From Bacteroidales bacterium (GTDB lineage Bacteria > Bacteroidota > Bacteroidia > Bacteroidales > GCA-2711565): a stretch of DNA of 64,000 nucleotides. The stretch covers positions 748,710-812,709 of the forward strand of contig CAXXWZ010000007.1 of assembly GCA_963674935.2 (NCBI GenBank), read 5' to 3'. A program made the translations under genes and the position numbers. Below the pieces are notes generated by a model. That model was not told the origin of the DNA, did no database searches, and worked only from the letters and a program-made list of their open reading frames with translations. Of this stretch, positions 41,408 to 49,777 are shown piece after piece (the first letter of the stretch is position 1; each line of letters opens with the position of its first letter).

Positions 41408-42778
41408 TTAATCTTGTATTGAGGCAATTTGTGAAGCCAGATCCTTACCTTGTTTAACTCTGTCGGCGATACCAACACCGTTTCCTATACTTCCAGCAAG
41501 GTGAAGTCCTTTATGCAACGATTCTATTTTGTCAATCGCTTTGAATCGGGCTTCAGAATCAGCACCATATTGTGCAATGGCATGCTGATAATGAGTTGTT
41601 CTAAATAAACTGGGATTAAAATCAGATACACCCATCATTATTTTAAACTCATTAGCCATTAGTTTTTTTAGTTCTCCCTCGTTAAGTGCTGCTAATTCTT
41701 CTCTTCTGATTCCTCCCACAAAAATAGTGAACAGCGCTCCATCTTTTGGTGCGCGGTTTTTAAATAAGGTTGACATGTAAAGAACGCCAAGTATATTCCT
41801 GTGCTCTCTGAATGGAACCAACCCGCCAAAAGCATTCAATTTCGATCCATTCCAATTCTCAAAACCAATCGTAATTTCTGTTACTTTGGCGTACTTAAGA
41901 TCGCTAATTGGCTTTAGATTTTGGGCATCAATAAATGGCAGTAAGGTACTCAATTCTTTAGCATTAGTTGTTGTGATCACTTCAGTAAAATTATTTTCAA
42001 TGGTATCATTCACCTTGATTTTATATTTCTCACCTGATTGATGAATACTAATGTTATCACAGTTTAAAGCCATATTTTCTATCCCGATTTTTTTAACAAT
42101 GGCATCTGTAAGATTTTGTAAACCTCCCTCGACTGAGAATATTTCACGGGTGGCTTTTTTGTCATCTTCTGATTTTGGTTCTTTTCTCTTTTTCAGTGCG
42201 CCTCCGATAAAACTACCATATTTCTGTTCCAAATTATATAGTTTTGGAAGTGCATATTTAGGCACAATATAACCTGGATCGCCTGCATAAATCCCTAAAA
42301 TGAATGGGTCGATGGCATAGTTTAAAAAGCTTTTTCCCATGCGGCGCTTCACCAGGTCTGCCAATGTTTCGTTGGGATTGCTCCCTTTTTTACGGAATGG
42401 TTCTCCTAAAATTCTGAATTTGTCGTATAAACTAAATAATGGCGTGAATACAGCTGAAACAGGCCCTGAAGGCAGGGCGTGCCACTTGTTCTTTTTCCAG
42501 ATTAATCGGCGTGCTGAGGAGTGATCAGCCACTTCAAGTTTGCAGTCATTTTTTAATTCTTTAAATAAATTGGCGATTTCTACATTTCCAATTACACCGC
42601 TGTTTGGTCCAATTTCATATAGAAATTTGTCTGTTTTTTCTGTTCGGATTACACCGCCAATATGATTTGTTTTTTCAAATATTTTAAATTTAATTCCTGC
42701 TTTTTTTAAATAAAAAGCAGTGGTTAGTCCTGTGATACCTGCGCCTATAATGGCAACATATTTTTTGTTCTGATTCAT
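41408..42778 (-). CDS. hemY: FAD-dependent protoporphyrinogen/coproporphyrinogen oxidase (HemY/PPOX family)
   Basis: 456-aa ORF with an N-terminal dinucleotide fold (YVAIIGAGITGLTTAFYLKKAG) and a C-terminal amine-oxidase/PPOX-like region (LHLAGSIGNGVGIADRV). Confidence 0.75.
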   Translation of the reverse strand: MNQNKKYVAIIGAGITGLTTAFYLKKAGIKFKIFEKTNHIGGVIRTEKTDKFLYEIGPNSGVIGNVEIANLFKELKNDCKLEVADHSSARRLIWKKNKWHALPSGPVSAVFTPLFSLYDKFRILGEPFRKKGSNPNETLADLVKRRMGKSFLNYAIDPFILGIYAGDPGYIVPKYALPKLYNLEQKYGSFIGGALKKRKEPKSEDDKKATREIFSVEGGLQNLTDAIVKKIGIENMALNCDNISIHQSGEKYKIKVNDTIENNFTEVITTTNAKELSTLLPFIDAQNLKPISDLKYAKVTEITIGFENWNGSKLNAFGGLVPFREHRNILGVLYMSTLFKNRAPKDGALFTIFVGGIRREELAALNEGELKKLMANEFKIMMGVSDFNPSLFRTTHYQHAIAQYGADSEARFKAIDKIESLHKGLHLAGSIGNGVGIADRVKQGKDLASQIASIQD

Positions 42779-42781
42779 TAT

Positions 42782-44155
42782 TTATAGTGCTTTTGAAAAG
42801 TTTCTTGTGGTGTTTTGCATTTTAGGATCGAAAGTTGCGGCAATATTCCGGATAAAGAATTTCCCGATTTCGGTAATATGAATTTCATGTGTGCTATATG
42901 TTATAAGTCCCTCAGATGCGAATTCTTCGAGTTGTTTAACTTGTTCCTCTGAAAAACTTTTTAACCGATTGAGCGGGATGTCAAAACGCTTAGATAAGTT
43001 ATTCCATGAGAGGTACAAATTACACATTAATTCATTAATTATTTCACGGGTAATTTTTTCTTCTATTGATAAAAAATAGGCCTTTTCGATAGCAAATTTT
43101 CCTGCATTAATACTTTGTATATATTCTGTAACATCTTTAGTGCTTTGGAGATATGCGCTTTCAAGTTGGCTAATTCCACTCACGCCAAGTGCATAAACCT
43201 GACCGGTGGTTTCGCGGGTGCAATATCCCTGGAAATTTCGATGTAGACTTTTGTCAGCCAGTGCGGTGTAAAGTTCATCGGTTTCTTTGGCAAAATGATC
43301 AAGGCCAATTGCTTTGTAACCATTGCTTGTTAATAAGTCGTGAGCTGCTTCAAATAATTTTACTTTCTCATCAGCATCCGGCAGATCGTATTTTTCTAAT
43401 TTTTTCTGTGTTTTTTTAACCCAAGGTACGTGCGCATAAGAAAAAGTTACCAGTCGATTTGGTGAAATATCAATGGCCTTTTTAATCGTTTCTGAAAACG
43501 ATTTTACACTTTGAAACGGGAGTCCATAAATGAAATCAAGGTTTACATCAACCCCTGCTTTTCTGATGTATTCAACAAGCTCGGAAATTGGAATCACTGA
43601 ATGATTTCTGTTAATGCTTTTCATCACTTTATCATTGAAATCCTGAACCCCAAGGCTTAATCTGTTAAATCCAATTTCTATGAGTTGATCAACATAACTA
43701 TAGGTTAAATGCCAGGGATGACATTCCATGGCTATTTCTGCTTGTGGTATGAAATCAAAATTTTCTGACAATTCAGCCATAATTGATTCAATATCTTCTA
43801 TGGGGAGGTAATTCGGTGTTCCACCACCCCAATGAACCTGAGAAACCTTCCGGGCTGCATCAAGCTTTGATTTTAAAAGAACAATCTCTTTTTTTAAAGT
43901 TGCAATGTAGGCATCCATGTTATCCTTATCCTTACTAATAATAGTGTTGCATCCACAATAAAAACAAAGTTTATTGCAAAATGGGATATGAATATACAGT
44001 GAGATATTTTGAGGTTGTTCAGTATTTGATAATGAAATGGCATTGATTACTTCATCGTGAGTAAAATTCTCATGAAAATAGTTTGCCGGTGGATAACTGG
44101 TATACCGTGGTGTTGGTACATTATATTTTTCAAGTAATTCTGTTGGGATATTCAT
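42782..44155 (-). CDS. hemN: oxygen-independent coproporphyrinogen III oxidase (radical SAM, HemN)
   Basis: 457-aa ORF with the YIHIPFCNKLCFYCGCN radical-SAM cluster motif, GGGTPNYL and a HemN_C-like tail. Same length as E. coli HemN. Confidence 0.85.
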   Translation of the reverse strand: MNIPTELLEKYNVPTPRYTSYPPANYFHENFTHDEVINAISLSNTEQPQNISLYIHIPFCNKLCFYCGCNTIISKDKDNMDAYIATLKKEIVLLKSKLDAARKVSQVHWGGGTPNYLPIEDIESIMAELSENFDFIPQAEIAMECHPWHLTYSYVDQLIEIGFNRLSLGVQDFNDKVMKSINRNHSVIPISELVEYIRKAGVDVNLDFIYGLPFQSVKSFSETIKKAIDISPNRLVTFSYAHVPWVKKTQKKLEKYDLPDADEKVKLFEAAHDLLTSNGYKAIGLDHFAKETDELYTALADKSLHRNFQGYCTRETTGQVYALGVSGISQLESAYLQSTKDVTEYIQSINAGKFAIEKAYFLSIEEKITREIINELMCNLYLSWNNLSKRFDIPLNRLKSFSEEQVKQLEEFASEGLITYSTHEIHITEIGKFFIRNIAATFDPKMQNTTRNFSKAL

Positions 44156-44156
44156 C

Positions 44157-45377
44157 TTATACTTTCTTTAATAAATTTTCTTCATAATAGCGTTCGTCAA
44201 ATAAAAAGGAAATAGATGCCAGCACGACTAAGCTAATAATAAATTCAATTCTAAATAGGCCTTTATAACCGATCATTTGGGCTACTTTCCCGCTGGCTAC
44301 TGCAATAATTAAACTGCTTAAATGAGTTATAGCTATTTGAATTGTAAAATCTGTTCCTTCTCTTCCTGCCCTGACATTATCCATAGAGATGGTATAGATT
44401 ATAACTGTTGCCATTCCGTAGGCTGCCCAAATTAAGGCGATACCGAAAATAATTTGTGATTTCGAAGGAACGATGTATGTCATCCAACAAAAATAGGATG
44501 CCGCCAGAAAAGCAATGGTTGAGAAAAGTTGTACGCTTTTTCTTTTTCCAATTTTTTTAATCAAAAAACCAGCACCAAAAGAAAAAGCGGCTCCAAACGC
44601 AGCGCCATGAATTCCTGAAAGAATCCCGATATCCTTGATGCTAAATCCCAAATCAACCATCCAAGGTTTAATCATGCTTAGTACACCAATAATTCCTGAA
44701 TAGAATATGGCGAGTAGAATAATACGTTTGTAGGCTTTTTTTTGTTTGAAAAATAAACCGATATCTTTCATGGTAATCGGCTTTGAAATTTTTGGTTTAT
44801 GTTCTTGCTTACCCTTGTAAAAAGATAAGGGAACAAGCACCAAAAGCACAAAGGTTGCTAAAGCGATCAGCAAATATTGCCAACCCCAATTATGATAAAT
44901 GATTAAAAGTAGGCCGCTTCCAGTAAGGGTTCCTAAAAAACTTCCGGCAGATTGCATGCTATTCCCCAAACTTCTTTCTTCTTTTTTTAATATTAAAATT
45001 GCAAAAGCATCGGTGGCAATGTCTTGTGTTGCCGATGCTGTAAATGCAATTAGCATTAAAACAATAATGATTTCAAAATTTACATCAAAATCGAGAAAAG
45101 CAACTGCTAAAATAATTATGGCATAAAAAATTTCTGACATAAAAATCCAGCTCTTGTATTTTTGGATGGTTCCACCGGTTCTGTCAACAAGTGGTGCCCA
45201 AAGAAATTTAAGAATCCATGGTAATTTAATCAGCAGAACTAAACCTATTGTTGTTAACGAATAGTTTTTTGTTCGCATAATTACCGGGATAACCGTTGAG
45301 AAAAAACTCATTGGAATGGTTTGAGCCAAATATAAGCTTAGCAGTGTAAAGTATTTACTGCCGGAAGTGTTAGGCAT
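44157..45377 (-). CDS. MFS transporter, AmpG/PAT family-like
   Basis: 406-aa ORF with about 12 TM helices. KFLWAPLVDR matches the AmpG signature KFLWSPLMDR. Confidence 0.7.
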   Translation of the reverse strand: MPNTSGSKYFTLLSLYLAQTIPMSFFSTVIPVIMRTKNYSLTTIGLVLLIKLPWILKFLWAPLVDRTGGTIQKYKSWIFMSEIFYAIIILAVAFLDFDVNFEIIIVLMLIAFTASATQDIATDAFAILILKKEERSLGNSMQSAGSFLGTLTGSGLLLIIYHNWGWQYLLIALATFVLLVLVPLSFYKGKQEHKPKISKPITMKDIGLFFKQKKAYKRIILLAIFYSGIIGVLSMIKPWMVDLGFSIKDIGILSGIHGAAFGAAFSFGAGFLIKKIGKRKSVQLFSTIAFLAASYFCWMTYIVPSKSQIIFGIALIWAAYGMATVIIYTISMDNVRAGREGTDFTIQIAITHLSSLIIAVASGKVAQMIGYKGLFRIEFIISLVVLASISFLFDERYYEENLLKKV

Positions 45378-45380
45378 AGT

Positions 45381-47534
45381 TTAAAATTTTAGTTTTGCGA
45401 AGAACCCAAATTGAGCTGGTTTACCAAGTTGTACATAAGCTTTTCCGAGAGATGTGAAATAAAACGCATTATAATCTGCTCCAAAAATATTTTTACCCCA
45501 GCACCCAAAATCAACGGCAGAAGTTACAAAAGTGATTTTTGTATTTGTGATGCCATAATTTTTTTGAAAATCAATATTTTCTTCATCCCAATACATTTTA
45601 CCCATGTGCTGGTAGCTAAGGTTAAGATGCGCTTTGTTGATAAACGAATCGATAAAATCGATACTGTAATCTGTACCAATTCCAAAAGTGTATTTTGGTA
45701 CATTAGGGATAAGTTTACCACTTAAGTCGATATTACTTGTATTTGTGTATTCAGAAAATTTTGCTTCGGTGAAACCAACACTAGCCCAAAGATGCCAATC
45801 GTTGGTGATGACCATATTTGCTTCAAATTCAATTCCCTTACTTTGTGATACTCCGGCATTCTTTGTCATCGATCCTTGTCCGCTTGGAACAGGTTGAGCT
45901 ACTTGCTGGTTATCAATATCAATAAGAAATAAACTGAGGTTGGTAGTAAGCTGTTTGTTAAGCCACGATGATTTAATTCCAAACTCATAATTCCAACTGG
46001 TTTCTGGTCCATAAATTCTGTCATTGTCAGATTCAAAGGTAAAGTTGAACCCTCCGGCTTTAAAGCCTTTGGTGGTTGTAAAGTAGGCAGTAAAATCATC
46101 AGAGGCCACATATGCTACTGAAACTTTCGGTGTAATTTGATCAAAATTTAAATCACTTTCAAAACCCGGTTTAATATCATCCACGCCATCTTTTGTGATG
46201 GTATAGGTATAATCAAGATCGGCCGATTCAATATCCAAACGTAAACCACCTGTAAAATTGAATTTCCCAAACGGTACGGTTGATTGTCCGTATAATGCAA
46301 ATCCAGAAGTTGGTAAATCATAAGTTTTTAGATAGGAATAAGTGTCGTAAGGCCAACCTCTGGCATTAATAAAGTCATCACCATAAGTAACATTTACACC
46401 TTTATCGGTAAGTTGTTTAAAAAACATGGTACCTAATAACCAGGTAATTTTTGCGTCGGTTTTTGAATGAATATTTAATTCCTGATATATGGTGTGATGA
46501 ACTCTGTCCTGATCAATGAAGTACAAATTGGCAGGTGAAAAATCCTGATCAATAAAAAACACATCATCCATATTTTGATAACCGGTTGCTGAATTAATAA
46601 CAAACCAGCCGCCAATATGTTCAAGATTTAACCCAATTGATAATTGGTCTCTATCGTAAGCACTTTCTTTATTGTAGTTAATGTCATCTGCTGTTTGGGT
46701 ATCCGTATTGTAAACTGCATATGCGTAGCCTAATTGGTTGTTCCTTTCAAAGTCGACCGAAAAAGTGGCTTTAAAATCGTTATTGGGCCGGTATGCAAGC
46801 TTTAATCTGCCTGAGTATGTGTTATATGCGTCTGCTTTTTTGTTGGTGAACTTATTGGTAAAAAAACCATCACCATGCGCGTAGGCAACATTTAATACCG
46901 TATAAAATTTTGAACTTAACGGTTGATTGATGTGTAAGCTGGTTTTCGACTGATTATAATTACCATAGTCTGTTTTAATGTATCCATTGAACAACCCTTT
47001 TGGATCTTGCGTGTAAACTTTGATTAATCCTCCCATGGTATTTCTACCATATAGGGTTCCTTGAGGCCCTCGAAGGATTTCTATTTTGTCAACGTCTAAA
47101 AATTCAAAATTAAAGGATCCTTTTTCGAAATACGGAATATTATCAACATAAAGACCGACAGAAGGTTGGACATCTCGGCGTAAGCCCATTCCACGAGAGT
47201 AAACAGGAGGAGACATTTTTGAACCATAATCCAATACAAAGAAATTTGGGATTCTTGCACTTAAGTCGGCCATAGTATTGATGTTTTCCTGTTCAATTTT
47301 TTTAGCCGGAATATAAGAAACTGAGATAGGTGTTTCCTGTATTTTTGTAGTTACCTTCTCCGCTTGAACGGTGATTTGTTCGAGGGTAATAATATTCGGA
47401 ATTGGTTTATAAACAGTGTCTATTTTTTGCGAAAAAACAAAAAATGGCAAAATTAAAGTGAGAATAAGTAGTATATATTTTGTTTTCATCTTCATAGATA
47501 TAAATAAGTAAATTATGAGCCAATAACGCTGCAC
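45381..47534 (-). CDS. TonB-dependent receptor (siderophore/haem-type, no CarboxypepD_reg domain); true start probably MKMKTKY at about 47495
   Basis: 717-aa ORF: signal peptide, plug (ILRGPQGTLYGRNTMGG), barrel ending ...FGFFAKLKF. The gap to the MFS gene is 3 nt. Confidence 0.85.
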   Translation of the reverse strand: MQRYWLIIYLFISMKMKTKYILLILTLILPFFVFSQKIDTVYKPIPNIITLEQITVQAEKVTTKIQETPISVSYIPAKKIEQENINTMADLSARIPNFFVLDYGSKMSPPVYSRGMGLRRDVQPSVGLYVDNIPYFEKGSFNFEFLDVDKIEILRGPQGTLYGRNTMGGLIKVYTQDPKGLFNGYIKTDYGNYNQSKTSLHINQPLSSKFYTVLNVAYAHGDGFFTNKFTNKKADAYNTYSGRLKLAYRPNNDFKATFSVDFERNNQLGYAYAVYNTDTQTADDINYNKESAYDRDQLSIGLNLEHIGGWFVINSATGYQNMDDVFFIDQDFSPANLYFIDQDRVHHTIYQELNIHSKTDAKITWLLGTMFFKQLTDKGVNVTYGDDFINARGWPYDTYSYLKTYDLPTSGFALYGQSTVPFGKFNFTGGLRLDIESADLDYTYTITKDGVDDIKPGFESDLNFDQITPKVSVAYVASDDFTAYFTTTKGFKAGGFNFTFESDNDRIYGPETSWNYEFGIKSSWLNKQLTTNLSLFLIDIDNQQVAQPVPSGQGSMTKNAGVSQSKGIEFEANMVITNDWHLWASVGFTEAKFSEYTNTSNIDLSGKLIPNVPKYTFGIGTDYSIDFIDSFINKAHLNLSYQHMGKMYWDEENIDFQKNYGITNTKITFVTSAVDFGCWGKNIFGADYNAFYFTSLGKAYVQLGKPAQFGFFAKLKF

Positions 47535-47619
47535 ATATAAAAGCTGTAAAGCGAAAAATAGCCTTAGAGGTTTAATAAATGGTTAAGAAATAAGGAAATA
47601 AGGTGGAATTAAATTCAGA

Positions 47620-47976
47620 TTAACAAGTTGGGGGAGGTCGGCAAAAACTTGCCTGAGCAAAATGAAAGGAATAAGCGCGCTGAAAACTACGACATTTTAT
47701 CGGCTTATTTTCTTTTACTTGAAGCTCTAAATTATTATTAATTTTTTTAGTCCCAATTATTAATTGATTGTAATAATCTTGAAATGAAATTTCGTAATCT
47801 TGATTATGTGTATCTGAAGAAACCTCAAGTGTAAAGGCATCTGAATTTATCTTTGATTCAATTTGCTCAGTAGGTTGACCAATGTTAAAGAACAAAAAAA
47901 GCAGGTACAAGCCTGATGATATTCCGGAGGATATCAGGATAAAAGGCAATTGTAACTGTATAAGTCCTTCAAACAT
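47620..47976 (-). CDS. hypothetical single-TM protein
   Basis: 118-aa ORF. Its start is 1 nt from the stop of 47978..48289, a coupled arrangement. No recognisable domain. Confidence 0.35.
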   Translation of the reverse strand: MFEGLIQLQLPFILISSGISSGLYLLFLFFNIGQPTEQIESKINSDAFTLEVSSDTHNQDYEISFQDYYNQLIIGTKKINNNLELQVKENKPIKCRSFQRAYSFHFAQASFCRPPPTC

Positions 47977-47977
47977 A

Positions 47978-48289
47978 CTATTTTCTTTTTGGGTTTTTAG
48001 GAAACCATCCTTTATTTACCCTTTGTTCTTGTTCAATTATTTCATTAATGCCCCAAAGGTAATTAAAACCAATGATAGCAACGATGGTTGAAAGTATGAT
48101 ATTTGTCAGTAAAAAAGAGACAAATACTGCCAGAATACCAACAATTAAAAATCCAATCCATAATTTTTTGGTGAAATAATATTCGCCTGCAATGCACGAA
48201 TATCTTGCAAATACAATGATAAGAAATGATGCCAAACCGACAATAATTCCAATTAGATTAATGCTATGTCCTAATATTTCTACGGTCAT
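47978..48289 (-). CDS. small 3-TM membrane protein (DUF4491-like), paralog A
   Basis: 103-aa ORF. Its C-terminal ...EQEQRVNKGWFPKNPKRK parallels ...KQHERVLKGSAKRNPKRKYE of 48437..48733. Confidence 0.55.
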   Translation of the reverse strand: MTVEILGHSINLIGIIVGLASFLIIVFARYSCIAGEYYFTKKLWIGFLIVGILAVFVSFLLTNIILSTIVAIIGFNYLWGINEIIEQEQRVNKGWFPKNPKRK

Positions 48290-48436
48290 TTATAATATTG
48301 TTAAACCAGTTAAAATTCATTTTAATCGGTCAATTATCTTGACTTCCTAACGACTTTGTTCAAAGTATAACTTGTTATGATTGTTCAATTTTTGATTTTT
48401 TCCAATTTTCATTATTCAATCATCATTAGTCATTAA

Positions 48437-48733
48437 TCACTCATACTTTCTCTTCGGATTTCTTTTTGCACTTCCTTTTAAAACCCTCTCGTGTTGTTTG
48501 AAAATTTCAACGGTACTCCACAAACATGCAAAACCAAATACACCAAATACAACCGACCAAATATCTTTAAAAAACAAAGAGAGTACAATAAAAACTATAC
48601 CCGGGAATAATAATACCCACCAACTTTTTTTACCCCAATGATATTCCATTTTAATAACGATGGGATGAAATATGCCAATTGCAAAAAATGCGAAGAGTCC
48701 AAGTAAAGGTCCAATATAATTTATGTTATCCAT
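48437..48733 (-). CDS. small 3-TM membrane protein (DUF4491-like), paralog B
   Basis: 98-aa ORF with the same topology and C-terminal basic tail as paralog A. Confidence 0.55.
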   Translation of the reverse strand: MDNINYIGPLLGLFAFFAIGIFHPIVIKMEYHWGKKSWWVLLFPGIVFIVLSLFFKDIWSVVFGVFGFACLWSTVEIFKQHERVLKGSAKRNPKRKYE

Positions 48734-48857
48734 TCAGGTACGTGTTTGCTGGATTGCAAATTTAGTTGTTTTTTTATTATGAATTGAGGATGTTTGAAAT
48801 TACTTCTATAATATATATCATATAAAATGAATGTTGTTTTTACATATTATAATACAT

Positions 48858-48890
48858 AAAAAAAACCGCCATCAGAAACTGATGGCGGTT
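48858..48890 (-). terminator. rho-independent terminator after the beta-barrel gene
   Basis: AACCGCCATCAG-aaa-CTGATGGCGGTT (48864-48890), a 12-bp perfect stem. On the minus strand it is followed by U8. Confidence 0.8.
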
Positions 48891-48914
48891 TTAAATGTTA
48901 CGTATATTCTATTT

Positions 48915-49763
48915 CTAGAACGCGATACCTAATTTAAGCATAGGTCGTGTTAAGAAAGAAAACGTGCTTTGATCCGCTCTGGCCAATTCCATACCTTCAA
49001 CAGCAGAAATTTGAGTCATTGCATAGAAATAATTTAATGCATGGATAGAAGCTCCAATAAATAAACCATCTGCTACGTAATATTCAAACCCAACTGGCAA
49101 CGCAAATCCCCAAGAAAGAATCTCACCTTTTTGCATTCCTGTAAAATCAACTACAGGGTTAGTACCTAAATCATAATCAGAGAAAGGAACTTCGAATCTG
49201 TCTGATCCGTGTGCATAAAGGAAACTAAAACCAACATAAGGCAATAGTTTTTTGTTAGGAAGATCAAAATAACGACTTACACCAATTTCCATATTCCAGT
49301 CGAAATCTGCTTCGAAAGCAGTTGCCTCGATAGTTGGAATAATAAACGGAGAGGTTGTTACATTAGGATCTTGTTGCAAGCCCATAATTTTATCTCGGGC
49401 TGGAGTTGCTCTTAGAATCCCCAAACCAGTTAGGTTTAAACTCCAGTTGGGTTTAAACATCCAACGGAATTCTACACCAATCATGTTGGTAGAAGGGTTA
49501 TCATTTTGGTTAACGCCAAAAACGTATGGTACTACAGGTTGTACACTAGATCTGTACTGAGAATAAGTTGAACCATCCAGGATTACGTAATCTGATGACG
49601 AGAAGCCCCTGCCAAAGTTCATGCTAAACTTGAACTTATGGCATGTTGCTCCATCGTTAAATTCTCCTGATTGATTCTCCTGAGCACCTACTAATGTTAC
49701 AACCCCTAATATTAAAATTAAGATTATAAATAATTTTTTCATATATAAAGGTTTTATAAACAT
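48915..49763 (-). CDS. outer-membrane beta-barrel protein (probable start MKKLFII at 49742)
   Basis: 282-aa ORF with a signal peptide, alternating hydrophobic beta-strand pattern, and C-terminal ...MLKLGIAF with the typical terminal aromatic residue. Lies 14 nt downstream of the Ala-rich lipoprotein gene. Confidence 0.7.
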   Translation of the reverse strand: MFIKPLYMKKLFIILILILGVVTLVGAQENQSGEFNDGATCHKFKFSMNFGRGFSSSDYVILDGSTYSQYRSSVQPVVPYVFGVNQNDNPSTNMIGVEFRWMFKPNWSLNLTGLGILRATPARDKIMGLQQDPNVTTSPFIIPTIEATAFEADFDWNMEIGVSRYFDLPNKKLLPYVGFSFLYAHGSDRFEVPFSDYDLGTNPVVDFTGMQKGEILSWGFALPVGFEYYVADGLFIGASIHALNYFYAMTQISAVEGMELARADQSTFSFLTRPMLKLGIAF

Positions 49764-49777
49764 TTTGTAGTTGCTTC

